The notes under the pieces are model-generated. The model ran no database searches. It was not told the DNA's origin and saw only the letters and a program-made list of their open reading frames with translations. Made by a program: the position numbers and the translations under genes. A stretch of 43,361 nt of DNA. Source: Caecitellus pseudoparvulus. Taxonomy: Eukaryota > Protista > Bigyra: Bicosoecida. Below are positions 33,947 to 43,361 of the stretch, one piece after another. The DNA is taken from positions 1-43,361 of the forward strand of contig CBFFRQ010000122.1 in assembly GCA_965644315.1 (NCBI GenBank), in the 5' to 3' direction. Numbering within the stretch: the stretch's first letter is position 1; every line of letters begins with the position of its first letter.

Positions 33947-36900
33947 CTACAAAGCTACACACAGCACCCCGCGGACATCCTCCACGACACAGGAGGCGTC
34001 CTGTGCTGCATCGCACAGGGCTCGGGCGCCATCCGACGTGATCCAGGCGCCCCACGTCCCAGCTCCATTCTGGGCCCGCACACTCACGAAGAGCGTGCCG
34101 CCAGATGGCCAGGTGAAGCCATCGTCAGCTTGGTCTGGTCCAGTCACCAGCTCACTGGCTTCGAGAGAGTCGCCCACGAGCCTGCAAGGCATGATGTCAT
34201 CTCGCCCGGCGTCAGAGCCGGTGCTGCCAATGCACCACTCGTACTGCACGATGCCAGACTCTGCATCGGCTGCTGGGGTCCATGAGGCTTGAAACACTGC
34301 CCCAGGACTGCCCAGGATGCAGTCCGCATCCACGTCGCCGCCGTCACGCACTTCCACTTCGTCGCTCCAGGTGGGCGCCGTGCCGTCCAGCAAGACGGGC
34401 TGCCCCAGCACGAGCTGCTGCGACCCCGCACCATTGGCCACCTGGGCGACAGGGAAGAGGCGGTCGGCATGGCCCCATGGCACAGGTGGCACGGCGAGTG
34501 TGAGTGTGTTGGGGCTGGGGGCCAAGGCAAGCGTTGCGGGGACGCTCAGAGGGTGGGGTGTGGCGCTGGATGCGCAGGAGCACAGGCCACCCTGCAAGGC
34601 GAGCACGGCGCCCGAGTCAAGTGCTTTGCTTGAGGCTTGGGATATGGCGGACAGAGTGCAGGACTCGTCCACCAGCCCTGAGCCAATGCGAAGCGGGTCC
34701 GAGCTCAGCTGCACTGGGTCTGAGCCGTTCCACTGGCCAGGAACGACAAGCACAGACAGGGCGGCGCTGGCCAGTCCTGACTGGGCATCTCCCAGATCCT
34801 CCAAGCGCAGTACCAGCCCGGCCTGCACAGACTCCACGGTCATGAAGGACGCAAGCTCCAAATCAGACATGGTCTGCACAGCGCAGGCGGCTGCGGCGGC
34901 CTCCGCCCGCGAGGAGCCGGGAGCTGGCAGCAGTGCGTGGCCGCCTCGTGGCATGAAGATGCGTGGTGTCAAGGCAGGCGCCGTCACATCCAGCACGCCA
35001 AGAGGGGCAATGACTGCCGTGGACAGGCCCGCGAAGTTTGTGGCAACAGCTGTGAGCCATAGCGAGTCGCCGCCCTCCAGTGCGCTGGAGTTCAAGGCCA
35101 CTTGGGCCAGGCGGCCGCTCTCCACCTGGCCAAGGTCAGTCCATGAGGTACTGGATCGCACGGCGTCCCAGCTGCCCACTTCCCGCATGTGTGGCATGGC
35201 TTGAGACCCCAGAGCCGTGGCACCCACTGTGAGCGTGAGGGAGCTAAAGCCGGCACCCGCATCAGCCCAGTTCGCCAGGGACACCTCCACGTGGCTCATG
35301 GGCACGATGAACGGCAGATCACTGCCGGCTTGCGCCACCGCCTCTGCAAGCTGGTCAGCTGTGATGTGGGCTGCACTTCCAGCAGGCAGAGCCGAGGCCT
35401 GCAGCTTGCGGGGCGCACAGGCGCTCGCGGCGAGCGAAGACACGCGGAAGGTGCGGGTCCACGGCAGAGCTTCCTGTAGCGCGGCAGCTGGTACGGAGGC
35501 GGCGGTGGTGGTGCCGCATGTTTGCGCATCTGGGAGCAGGGCCAGTGTGCCAGGCAGTGGGTGTGAGCGCACGAGGCGCACAGTGGGGGAAGACAGCTGC
35601 AGGAGCCCGCCGCCCGTCTTGCTCACCGCGACTTGCACTCGGAAGCCTTGTGCAGCTGCCAAAGCGGCGTCCAGAGACACGCTCTGCAGCAGTCCTTCCG
35701 AGGCGGAAGCCACCTGTAGCAGTTCGTGCGATGCCACGGACCCTTGAGCCGCCAATTCTTCTCCCACAGGTGACACAGCGAGCAGCGTCCATGCCATGCC
35801 TTGCAGCGGCACAGACACAGCCGAAACCAGTGGTAGGCGGAAGGCAATGTCCCGTGAGCCACCCTGCACCCAACGCTGCACTGGAGGCGCCCAGGTAGCA
35901 CTGACGACCGGCACTGGGATGGACGGCGCACCAGGCTGTGGGGATTGGTCTCGCACACGTGCATCATCGCCGTCCACGACGAGCAGGGGCGACGTGTACA
36001 CTGACTGCTGCCCGGCACCGTTCACTGCTCGCATGAGCAACACAGTCACGCGTCCGGCCAAGGCTGAGGCTGGCAGGGTCACAAACGTGGCATCCGCGTT
36101 GAGCTGCACGAAGTCGGTCTCGCCAGCAGCGTGCCACTGCGGGAAGGAGAAGCTCCCACTCTTGCACGAGCCATCTGACAACGGACCGTGGATGAGCGCA
36201 ACTTCGTGCACGGCGATGCCACTGATGTCGTCCATGGGCACTGGCAGGCGCAAGGATAAGCCTGCGCTTGAATCCCCAACCACGAGGTGACTCTGCAGCT
36301 GTGCTCCGCATGACGCGTTCGAGTCCTTGCTGGCCAGGTCAGGCGACAGCGCAGCAGCCACAACCCGGTCCATCCCACCCACTGCAGCCTCAGCAAGTGC
36401 CACAGCCTCGGCAGCCAAACCCGCATGCAGCGAAGCTGTGCCGAACCAAGCACCATCCAACATCGCCACGGCGCCGGACCAGGCTGGCGGAGACCACGGC
36501 GCATCCATGAACACAGGCAGGGAAGCGCCCACAGCACGGCGGCCATCCTCAGTCTGCGCCTGCACGCTCAACACTACAGCCATGCCGTGTTGCAGCTCCA
36601 GGCCTGCAAACGAAGCGGCACCTCGAGTCACGTACACGCCTGGACTGGGGTTGGAGGTGTTCCAAGTTGCTGCGTCCAGGGGAATGCCTTCACCAAGTGC
36701 CTCTGACGTGGCGCCTGCAATGTGGCCCAGCGTGGCGAATGCTGACTGCAGGGGCGAGCTGGAGGTGACAGTCCAAGTGAATCGCACGTGCGTCACATCA
36801 GCGCTGAAGCGCATGCTCTGCTGTGCAGCATCCACAGCCTCCACGGCAACGCCAGCTTCCTCTGCTGCCACCTGCACGACGCCGCTGCGGCCTTCTGATA

Positions 36901-39900
36901 CGCTGCCAGCCGCATTGGCGCTGTGGACCACAACTTCGTATCGCGTGCCTGGCGCAAGCGGTTTGCTGAGGCACAGCTCGTCGCCTGAACAGGCCAAGCT
37001 CCAACGGGCACTCGTTGCAGAGCCCACACTGCGCAGCGGCGCCAGCCACTGTGACGCCTGCACGTCCCACAAGCCCACAGAGTGGCTCAGGGCAGTGGAC
37101 GCTGTCACTGCCTCAGCGTCAAACACAAGCCAGCAGCCCCACACTCTCTGAGTGCCAGCGCTCCAGGCTTCGCTGGGCAAGCCAGCCACACCTCCAAGCC
37201 GAGCGGCACACTGCGCTCCCGTGCGAACAGCAATGTTGGCCGGCCCAGCACCTGCGATGACGAAGCCGCTTGTTGCCGTGTCTGTCACCAGCCCCGCACT
37301 GCTCACCAGTCGCAGCAAGCCGTACACCCACCCAGACGTGCCGCTGGGCAGTGCCGCCGAGCAGTTCCCGGCGCTAGCGCCCACCTCAGCATTCGCATCA
37401 GAGAGGGGCACAATGTCAGCTGCTCCAGGCGTGCTGCCCCAGCCACACTGCACTTGCACGATGTCGCTCTCGGCATCTCGTGCCCGCAGCCAAGCCATGG
37501 TTGCGGTGCCACCAGCCACGAGCTGCGCATCTGCCGTGGCAGACACACGCTGTGCAAGTGCACCTGGCGCCAGCCCCGCCACGTCCCACACCGCCTGCAC
37601 CTTGGGTGGAGTGGCGTCCACAGCGGGAGCAATCACGGCAATGCTGGAAACGCGACCAGCGGAGTTTCCAAGTGCAACTCCAGAATAGCCACGCTGGCCG
37701 TGCTGCAGGGCTCCGAGCCCAGGCACAAGGAGGGGAATGCTGCTCACGTCTGCGCCAGGGGCCAAGACCACCGCGGAGCCGTCTGCCCGCAGCACCTGCT
37801 GCCCGCCAAGACTGGAGCCCATGGCGTGCAGCATGATCGCAAGGGCCGCTTGGCTGTCAGAGGCAGCTGACACGTTCAGTGCCAGGGCTGGGCTGACGCC
37901 ACGCCCAGGCACAGAGCAGGGCAAGCAGAGACTGAGGGAGTCCCCTGTGCCGGCCTTGAAGGTGCCTGCTGGACAAGGCGTGCAGCTGCCGCTGTGGCTG
38001 AAGGTGCCTGGAGCACACGTCCCAGGCGCAGTGGGCGGAGACGGCACGCTTGTGCCAGCGCTGCAAGCACCAGCACACGGCTCGCAAGCACCCGTCACGG
38101 CATTCAGCTCGTACCCTGTCTCGCACACACACATGCCTCCACCTGCGGTGAAGTCGGGGACAAACACAGCATGCTCCTGAACACATCCGCACGTTGTGCG
38201 GTCAGAGCTCACAGGGACGATGCCGAGCAGCGCACTCTGCAGGCGGATGTCATGAGCCACGTCAGGCGCGCTGTTGTCACAGACGATGCCGTCAGACGAC
38301 ACCTCCGTCACGAAGCCAGCCACGTTTGTGGCCCACACTGTGGCGAATACAGCCTGGCCTGGCTGCAGTGCCAGCTTGCGAGCTTGTGCGAAGGTGCGGC
38401 GCCCGACCGAGCTGCGAGGCACGATGCCACACTGCCCAGCGGCGCCCCCCGCACACCACTCGTACTTGCTCACGCCTGCCGCGTCGAAGAAGTCACCCCA
38501 TGACGCCTGCACAAGGGAGCAGTCAGGCGTGAACGCATCATCCACTCCTGGGTGCGGCGAGTCCCACACCGTGCCACCCGTGGGACCGCTCGTGATGACG
38601 GCGGCGCCGTTCGAGTGCACCGTGGTGCTCAGCCCCGCAGCGTTCACAGCCGTCACAGAGCACGTGTAGCGCTGCTGATTGAGCAATTCACTGCCTGGGG
38701 GGAAGGTGAAGGTGTGTGTGGTGGGGCTGGAGACTGGGACGTGCGCTGGCCCAGCGGCAGCTGCGCCATCGCTGGAGCCCAGCTTCAGCACGATGGAGTA
38801 GTGCGCGATGGGGGACACGTCATCCCGGAAGCCGCTCCAGGAGCAGGCATATGCAGTGTCGGTGCTCGTGAAGGTCAAGTCACTGCTCTCGCCGTCCCAA
38901 ACACTGCCTGGGAGAGGCGGCGTGATGTCAGGGATGACGACCCTGGACACAGTCGTGCTGGCGTGCCCAGCCGCGTTCAGCCCCACGAGGGAGAGGTGGT
39001 ACTCCTGCCCTTGAACCAGTTCCAAACCTGTGAAGGTCACGTTGCGCGAGTGATACCGATCTTCGAACACGCGCACTTGCTGGCCATACGGCCGCGTTCC
39101 AAGCGCAGCTGTGTAGGTTGTCAAGGCTGCGTCTGACTCGGCATCTCCAAAGGCGCCCCACGTCGCGGCCACAGTGTTCAGTGACGCCACATACAGGACT
39201 TCAGGCAGCCCTGAAGCAGCCAAGTTGATGGCGTGGGAGATGGAAACGTTGGAGGGCGCAGATGCCGTCACATCAGGCGTGAAGTGCGCATGGTGCACAC
39301 GAGTGGCCGTGCCAGCGCGAGCAACCACGGTCGCAGTGTACTGTGTCCCAGGCGTGAGGGTCAGGCCGTACACGCTGGCATGCGTGGCTGTGCCCACGTC
39401 GGTCAGCGCCTTCACATCCCCCACCCCAGCAGCAGTGCCCAGGGCCCACTGGAAGGTGAAGTGCGGCACAGCTGTGCCATTCTCAGTGTCCCCCGTGCTG
39501 GTCCAGGTCTCCCCAGGTGGCGCCAGGGTGTTGGACAGCACGCTCCACTCAACTTCCAAGTGCTTGTCCGAGCTGGTGTACGTGGCCAGCACAGGGGAAG
39601 GCTCCGGCTCCACAAGCACGCCTCGTCCATCCACCTGCACTGCGCCGGTGCTGTCCACTACCACGCCTGCCGCAGGGGCCACAGAGCTCAGCCCCGCGCC
39701 GTTCGTCATGCGCACCCTGACGTAGTACTTCTCCGCGTTCACAAGCGCAGCAGGGACAGTGCAGGAGGTCGCGAGGCCGACGCTGCTGAATGGCGCCACG
39801 TCACAAGTGTCTGCACTGGTCCCAACACAGCAGGCAAAGGAAGTCAGCCCTGACTCCTCATCCACCCACGCGCTGAAGGCCGGCGCCGCCGTCCACTGCC

Positions 39901-42900
39901 AGCTGGCGCTGACGTTGTCCTTGTGGCTTTGGTACGGCGCATCCACGAACGTAGTGAGGGTGTTCCACACTGGTCCTGCCACAGGCGGGCTCGTGTCTAC
40001 CATCACACCATCCGACTCTAGCAGGGCAGAAGGGTTGCCGACGTTGTTCACCGCCCGTATCTGCAGGCAGTACCGAAGGCCACTAGTGAGGTCCAGGCCA
40101 GTCGCATGCAAGGTGGTCACCGTCGCCCCTGGCACGTCGGTCCAGTCCCGCACATCCCGGCTGCCCACGTCGCCGTTATCGCACCAACGCACAGCGTACT
40201 GGTACTTCGCCACCGCCCCCACATCTTCCACAAAGGCATCCCAGCTCCCACGCATCTCACTTGCCGAGGCAGTGAAGGCGGCTTCACCCGTCACGCCAGG
40301 CACGGCGTCTCGTACAGCCCCACCTGGAGCAGGCTCCGGAGCAGTGCCGTCGAACACCACGCCATCTGAGGCGACATCCACGAACAGGCCATTGGACGCC
40401 ACAGCACGGACCACAACGTAGTACGTCGTGCCATGGGCTGGCACGATAGCAGCGGGGTTCGTCTTGGCAGTCGTGTTGGAGCTCACGTACGTCAGCGACA
40501 ACACATCAAGCGGATGGGCAGACAGGTCTGGACCTGGTCCAGGCGCTGAGCTGGAGATGCCCCACAGGTACGACACAATGGAGGCCTGGCCTGCGTCGAA
40601 GCCGCCCCAGACAGCCTCCAGAATGGGCTGAGCATGCCCATCTTGGTCAGCATCCAGGTCGCGCGTGGCGTCCACATCGTTCACGTACGCGGCAGCAGCT
40701 GATGGGCGGCTGGTCTCGATGTCAAGCGGCACGGGCTCGGACAGGCCCGTGTTCCCTGCACGGTCCAAGCACCTGGCACGCATGTGCACCTTGGTGGCAT
40801 CGGGGAGTGGCGAGGCGAAGGCTACCGTGAACGTCTGGCGCAGCACGAGCAGGCCATGGAGGCTGAACCTACTCACCTCTGGCTGTGCCACAGTGAAGGA
40901 CGAGTGAGCAGTGGGGGACTCATCAGTCCCAGCGGCCACTCGGCAGGCAGAGAAGCCCGCATCCGTGTCAGCGAAGGTGATGGCGACTCGCATGGATGTC
41001 GCACTCGCCACGGACTGCACAGCGTGCTGGGTGGCGTTGAAGCTGTCAGGTTTGCCCAACAAGGCGGGAATGCCGTAGCCAGCCCAAGCTGACCCCGGTG
41101 CTGCCAGGACAGAGAAGGACACGTCCGGCAAGGCTGTGTCCACCAGGATGCCGTCGGACAGTCCAGTCGTTTTCAGCCCAGCCGCATTCGTGGCTGTCAC
41201 GGACGCGTACACATACGTGCCACTGCGGACAGCGACGGGCACCGTGAACGTGTGTTCCCGCGCCAGACCCACGTTCATGGTGGCGGCGATGTTGTCCACA
41301 GGCCGCCCCAGCACCGAGCCAAGACCAACTTCGTACTTCACCAGCGGCGACACGTCTTCTGTGAACTCTGACCAGTGCACAGTGAAGGTGGTCGTGCTGG
41401 AGGTGAAGTCCAGGTCGTTCGTGGCGCCGTCTCCTCCGATGTCAGCGGGTGTCAGCGAGCCAGCCTGCGGCCCATCGCGAGGCTTCTGCAGCGTGGGTGG
41501 CGTGGCGTCGAAGGTGACGCCATCTGAGCTCGAGACACGGAACAGCCCCGCCTTGTTCGTGGCCTTCATGTGCACGAAGTACTGCTGGCCGTGGGTCATG
41601 GTGTCCTGCGGCAGGCTGTGCACGCCAAACGGCTCCGCGTCCCGCCACTGCCCCAGCGGCACGCCTGTGTCCAGAGGGTTGCACGTGCTGGCGTCTGCCG
41701 TGCCCACCGTGCGGCAGAACTGGTATGCGAGGAGACCACCTTCGGTGCTTTCGCCGTCTTGGAAGCCGTTCCACTGCCAGGACGGCACGTTCACGCTGGT
41801 GTAGTCGATGTCTGCTGTGTCGTCCTGGATGTTGAACTGGTACGTTGCGATGTCCACCTCACGCACACCGCCTCGGGGGCTCGCAGTTGGGGCGTCAGGA
41901 AGCAGCACAGGTGGCGTCACATCCACTGTGAAGGGCTGGGAGCACACCGCTGCTGCGTTGCCTTCCACTGTGCGTGTGTCCAGCACCCACTTGTACTGCA
42001 CGCCCTGCGTCAGTGCCAGAGACCGAGGCATCTGCATGATGAGCGGATTGGGCTGGCCCAGGCGCTCGAAGCCCAGCGTCGGGGCCTGCTTGGCAACTTC
42101 AGTGCGCGCCCTCTGCACGACCAGTGGCGCCAGCTGCGTCACCCACACACTGCGAGGGTTGGCTCGAGCTGGCAGCGTGTCTTGCAGCGCAGCACTGGCT
42201 GCCGTGACGGCGTGGACACAGGAGTACGTCGGCATGCGCACACCTGCCGCGGCGAGGCTGGTGTCCAGAGCCCACGTCACGCTGACGTAGTGCCCTGGAG
42301 GGCATTGCTGTGGCGGACGGGTGCACACAGCCCGTCGAGGCGTGGAGCAGTCCATGGCAGTCAGGCGAGGCGCAGCCGTCGCGCTGGCCTGCATGGCAGC
42401 ACAGTCCAGATCTGGCACCGCGTTCGGGTCTGCCGTCCACGGCCAGCGTGAAGCTGCTTGGGCGGCAGTGCCGAGCTGGTGCGGGCTGAACTTGCTCACC
42501 CAAGTGCCCCGCTCCACGCGATCTGACAGCCCTGTCCAGCAAGGTGAGATGTCAGTTGGGCACAGCGCCGCGAGGGCGTGCAGCACAGCCTGAGATGGCA
42601 CGGGGAGCGCGACGCCTCCGCCGAGCGCACACTGCACGTCGGCGACGTCTCCTTCGGTTGTAGCAGCACTGGTGAATGCACAGGCCATCTCACCTGCGCT
42701 GAGAGTCACCAAGATGTGCCCCGCTGGACACCCGAAGACAGGCGCCTCACACATGGCCGGGAAGTTTGCACTGACAGAGGACTGGAAGTCCACCACGCCA
42801 TCGGTTGCGTGCAGTGTCATGCCTGCTGTGCTGGCTGAGTTGGCCGCGTTGGAGGCAGCAGTGGCGTCACGCCATCGCACCAGCCAAGCTCCCGCTGGGG

Positions 42901-43360
42901 TGTCCAGTGGAGCCAGCGGCCCGATCGGGAACTGATGCACGGCATGCCCGCCAGTGTCGGCCAGCCATGAAGAGGCTCCTGCAGGTTCAGACACCTGTCG
43001 TTGCAGCCCCAGCCAGCACTGTACCCCTGCCTCCCCACATGCACGCGATGCAGCTGCCGTCTCCAGCGTGCTCAGCCCGATGCCAGCGAACGGCAGTCCG
43101 CCCACGCTCTCACACCCTGCCCGGGCGCCAGACAGGCTGACAGGTGAGGCAGTTGTCCCCAGGCACCTGGGCACACCGTCTGCTCCAGGCACCAGGTGGA
43201 AGCCAGGGGGGCAGTTGCGCACGCCAGTTTCACACAGGAACGGCAGCGCGTTCCCAACTGGCTGCACTCGCACGCCGACGTTCAAACTCGCCGTGTCAAA
43301 GCCATCCACACCTGAGGCCAGGCCGAAGGAAGTTCCTGGTGCGGCACTGGTCAAGTCAGC
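33947..43360 (-). CDS. Giant extracellular-type protein (5' partial): C-type lectin-like domains, many FN3-like repeats, EGF/TNFR-like Cys-rich insert
   Basis: Uninterrupted frame of more than 3135 aa, open to the window end. CWLGL and CWTGLSD..E.G.W lectin-like motifs; at least 12 repeats of D-x-TPP..V.DG..W..F.D.ES.I..Y..G..Y.V.V.A.N.AGL..SDG; CVCETGY and CTPCPAGTFK motifs. Confidence 0.9.
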   Translation of the reverse strand, partial: ADLTSAAPGTSFGLASGVDGFDTASLNVGVRVQPVGNALPFLCETGVRNCPPGFHLVPGADGVPRCLGTTASPVSLSGARAGCESVGGLPFAGIGLSTLETAAASRACGEAGVQCWLGLQRQVSEPAGASSWLADTGGHAVHQFPIGPLAPLDTPAGAWLVRWRDATAASNAANSASTAGMTLHATDGVVDFQSSVSANFPAMCEAPVFGCPAGHILVTLSAGEMACAFTSAATTEGDVADVQCALGGGVALPVPSQAVLHALAALCPTDISPCWTGLSDRVERGTWVSKFSPHQLGTAAQAASRWPWTADPNAVPDLDCAAMQASATAAPRLTAMDCSTPRRAVCTRPPQQCPPGHYVSVTWALDTSLAAAGVRMPTYSCVHAVTAASAALQDTLPARANPRSVWVTQLAPLVVQRARTEVAKQAPTLGFERLGQPNPLIMQMPRSLALTQGVQYKWVLDTRTVEGNAAAVCSQPFTVDVTPPVLLPDAPTASPRGGVREVDIATYQFNIQDDTADIDYTSVNVPSWQWNGFQDGESTEGGLLAYQFCRTVGTADASTCNPLDTGVPLGQWRDAEPFGVHSLPQDTMTHGQQYFVHMKATNKAGLFRVSSSDGVTFDATPPTLQKPRDGPQAGSLTPADIGGDGATNDLDFTSSTTTFTVHWSEFTEDVSPLVKYEVGLGSVLGRPVDNIAATMNVGLAREHTFTVPVAVRSGTYVYASVTATNAAGLKTTGLSDGILVDTALPDVSFSVLAAPGSAWAGYGIPALLGKPDSFNATQHAVQSVASATSMRVAITFADTDAGFSACRVAAGTDESPTAHSSFTVAQPEVSRFSLHGLLVLRQTFTVAFASPLPDATKVHMRARCLDRAGNTGLSEPVPLDIETSRPSAAAAYVNDVDATRDLDADQDGHAQPILEAVWGGFDAGQASIVSYLWGISSSAPGPGPDLSAHPLDVLSLTYVSSNTTAKTNPAAIVPAHGTTYYVVVRAVASNGLFVDVASDGVVFDGTAPEPAPGGAVRDAVPGVTGEAAFTASASEMRGSWDAFVEDVGAVAKYQYAVRWCDNGDVGSRDVRDWTDVPGATVTTLHATGLDLTSGLRYCLQIRAVNNVGNPSALLESDGVMVDTSPPVAGPVWNTLTTFVDAPYQSHKDNVSASWQWTAAPAFSAWVDEESGLTSFACCVGTSADTCDVAPFSSVGLATSCTVPAALVNAEKYYVRVRMTNGAGLSSVAPAAGVVVDSTGAVQVDGRGVLVEPEPSPVLATYTSSDKHLEVEWSVLSNTLAPPGETWTSTGDTENGTAVPHFTFQWALGTAAGVGDVKALTDVGTATHASVYGLTLTPGTQYTATVVARAGTATRVHHAHFTPDVTASAPSNVSISHAINLAASGLPEVLYVASLNTVAATWGAFGDAESDAALTTYTAALGTRPYGQQVRVFEDRYHSRNVTFTGLELVQGQEYHLSLVGLNAAGHASTTVSRVVIPDITPPLPGSVWDGESSDLTFTSTDTAYACSWSGFRDDVSPIAHYSIVLKLGSSDGAAAAGPAHVPVSSPTTHTFTFPPGSELLNQQRYTCSVTAVNAAGLSTTVHSNGAAVITSGPTGGTVWDSPHPGVDDAFTPDCSLVQASWGDFFDAAGVSKYEWCAGGAAGQCGIVPRSSVGRRTFAQARKLALQPGQAVFATVWATNVAGFVTEVSSDGIVCDNSAPDVAHDIRLQSALLGIVPVSSDRTTCGCVQEHAVFVPDFTAGGGMCVCETGYELNAVTGACEPCAGACSAGTSVPSPPTAPGTCAPGTFSHSGSCTPCPAGTFKAGTGDSLSLCLPCSVPGRGVSPALALNVSAASDSQAALAIMLHAMGSSLGGQQVLRADGSAVVLAPGADVSSIPLLVPGLGALQHGQRGYSGVALGNSAGRVSSIAVIAPAVDATPPKVQAVWDVAGLAPGALAQRVSATADAQLVAGGTATMAWLRARDAESDIVQVQCGWGSTPGAADIVPLSDANAEVGASAGNCSAALPSGTSGWVYGLLRLVSSAGLVTDTATSGFVIAGAGPANIAVRTGAQCAARLGGVAGLPSEAWSAGTQRVWGCWLVFDAEAVTASTALSHSVGLWDVQASQWLAPLRSVGSATSARWSLACSGDELCLSKPLAPGTRYEVVVHSANAAGSVSEGRSGVVQVAAEEAGVAVEAVDAAQQSMRFSADVTHVRFTWTVTSSSPLQSAFATLGHIAGATSEALGEGIPLDAATWNTSNPSPGVYVTRGAASFAGLELQHGMAVVLSVQAQTEDGRRAVGASLPVFMDAPWSPPAWSGAVAMLDGAWFGTASLHAGLAAEAVALAEAAVGGMDRVVAAALSPDLASKDSNASCGAQLQSHLVVGDSSAGLSLRLPVPMDDISGIAVHEVALIHGPLSDGSCKSGSFSFPQWHAAGETDFVQLNADATFVTLPASALAGRVTVLLMRAVNGAGQQSVYTSPLLVVDGDDARVRDQSPQPGAPSIPVPVVSATWAPPVQRWVQGGSRDIAFRLPLVSAVSVPLQGMAWTLLAVSPVGEELAAQGSVASHELLQVASASEGLLQSVSLDAALAAAQGFRVQVAVSKTGGGLLQLSSPTVRLVRSHPLPGTLALLPDAQTCGTTTAASVPAAALQEALPWTRTFRVSSLAASACAPRKLQASALPAGSAAHITADQLAEAVAQAGSDLPFIVPMSHVEVSLANWADAGAGFSSLTLTVGATALGSQAMPHMREVGSWDAVRSSTSWTDLGQVESGRLAQVALNSSALEGGDSLWLTAVATNFAGLSTAVIAPLGVLDVTAPALTPRIFMPRGGHALLPAPGSSRAEAAAAACAVQTMSDLELASFMTVESVQAGLVLRLEDLGDAQSGLASAALSVLVVPGQWNGSDPVQLSSDPLRIGSGLVDESCTLSAISQASSKALDSGAVLALQGGLCSCASSATPHPLSVPATLALAPSPNTLTLAVPPVPWGHADRLFPVAQVANGAGSQQLVLGQPVLLDGTAPTWSDEVEVRDGGDVDADCILGSPGAVFQASWTPAADAESGIVQYEWCIGSTGSDAGRDDIMPCRLVGDSLEASELVTGPDQADDGFTWPSGGTLFVSVRAQNGAGTWGAWITSDGARALCDAAQDASCVVEDVRGVLCVAL

Positions 43361-43361
43361 A

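Noticed and set aside
33950-33961. C-terminal CVAL of the giant protein as a prenylation CaaX box
   Set aside because: The protein looks extracellular and prenyltransferases are cytosolic. The Cys more likely forms a disulfide with neighbouring Cys residues.

Overview
GC-rich, very gene-dense eukaryotic nuclear DNA. It probably comes from a protist, possibly a heterotrophic stramenopile, but the taxon is a low-confidence inference. Introns are short (mostly about 60-90 nt), GT-AG and 5'-biased, so the raw ORF track splits most genes. I rebuilt spliced models by hand and checked exon phases. Contents in order: a partial ankyrin-repeat gene on the minus strand (absent from the ORF track), tRNA-Lys(CTT), a MerC-like membrane protein, an SRPK kinase, a CENP-E/kinesin-7-like motor, a WD40 + galactose-mutarotase-like fusion, organellar-type HisRS, WDR82/SWD2, acetyl-CoA synthetase, a secreted Cys-rich protein, a membrane-anchored EEP nuclease, a dual-acylated LRR protein, GAR1, ERCC1, an IQ-motif low-complexity protein, an RNI-like LRR protein, a secreted PhyH dioxygenase, and the 3' 9.4 kb of a giant C-type lectin/FN3-like repeat protein. 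Four apparent frameshifts look like assembly indels. The most notable signals are: a recurrent TGCGGAAAT motif seen only in first introns or just before start codons; a tRNA-Lys with initiator-like A1:U72/A54/A60; a 38-aa ankyrin array with variable surface residues; and a bacterial-type mutarotase pseudoenzyme fused to WD40. No CRISPR array, rRNA or recognisable transposase was seen. Family assignments rest on recognised motifs, not database searches.
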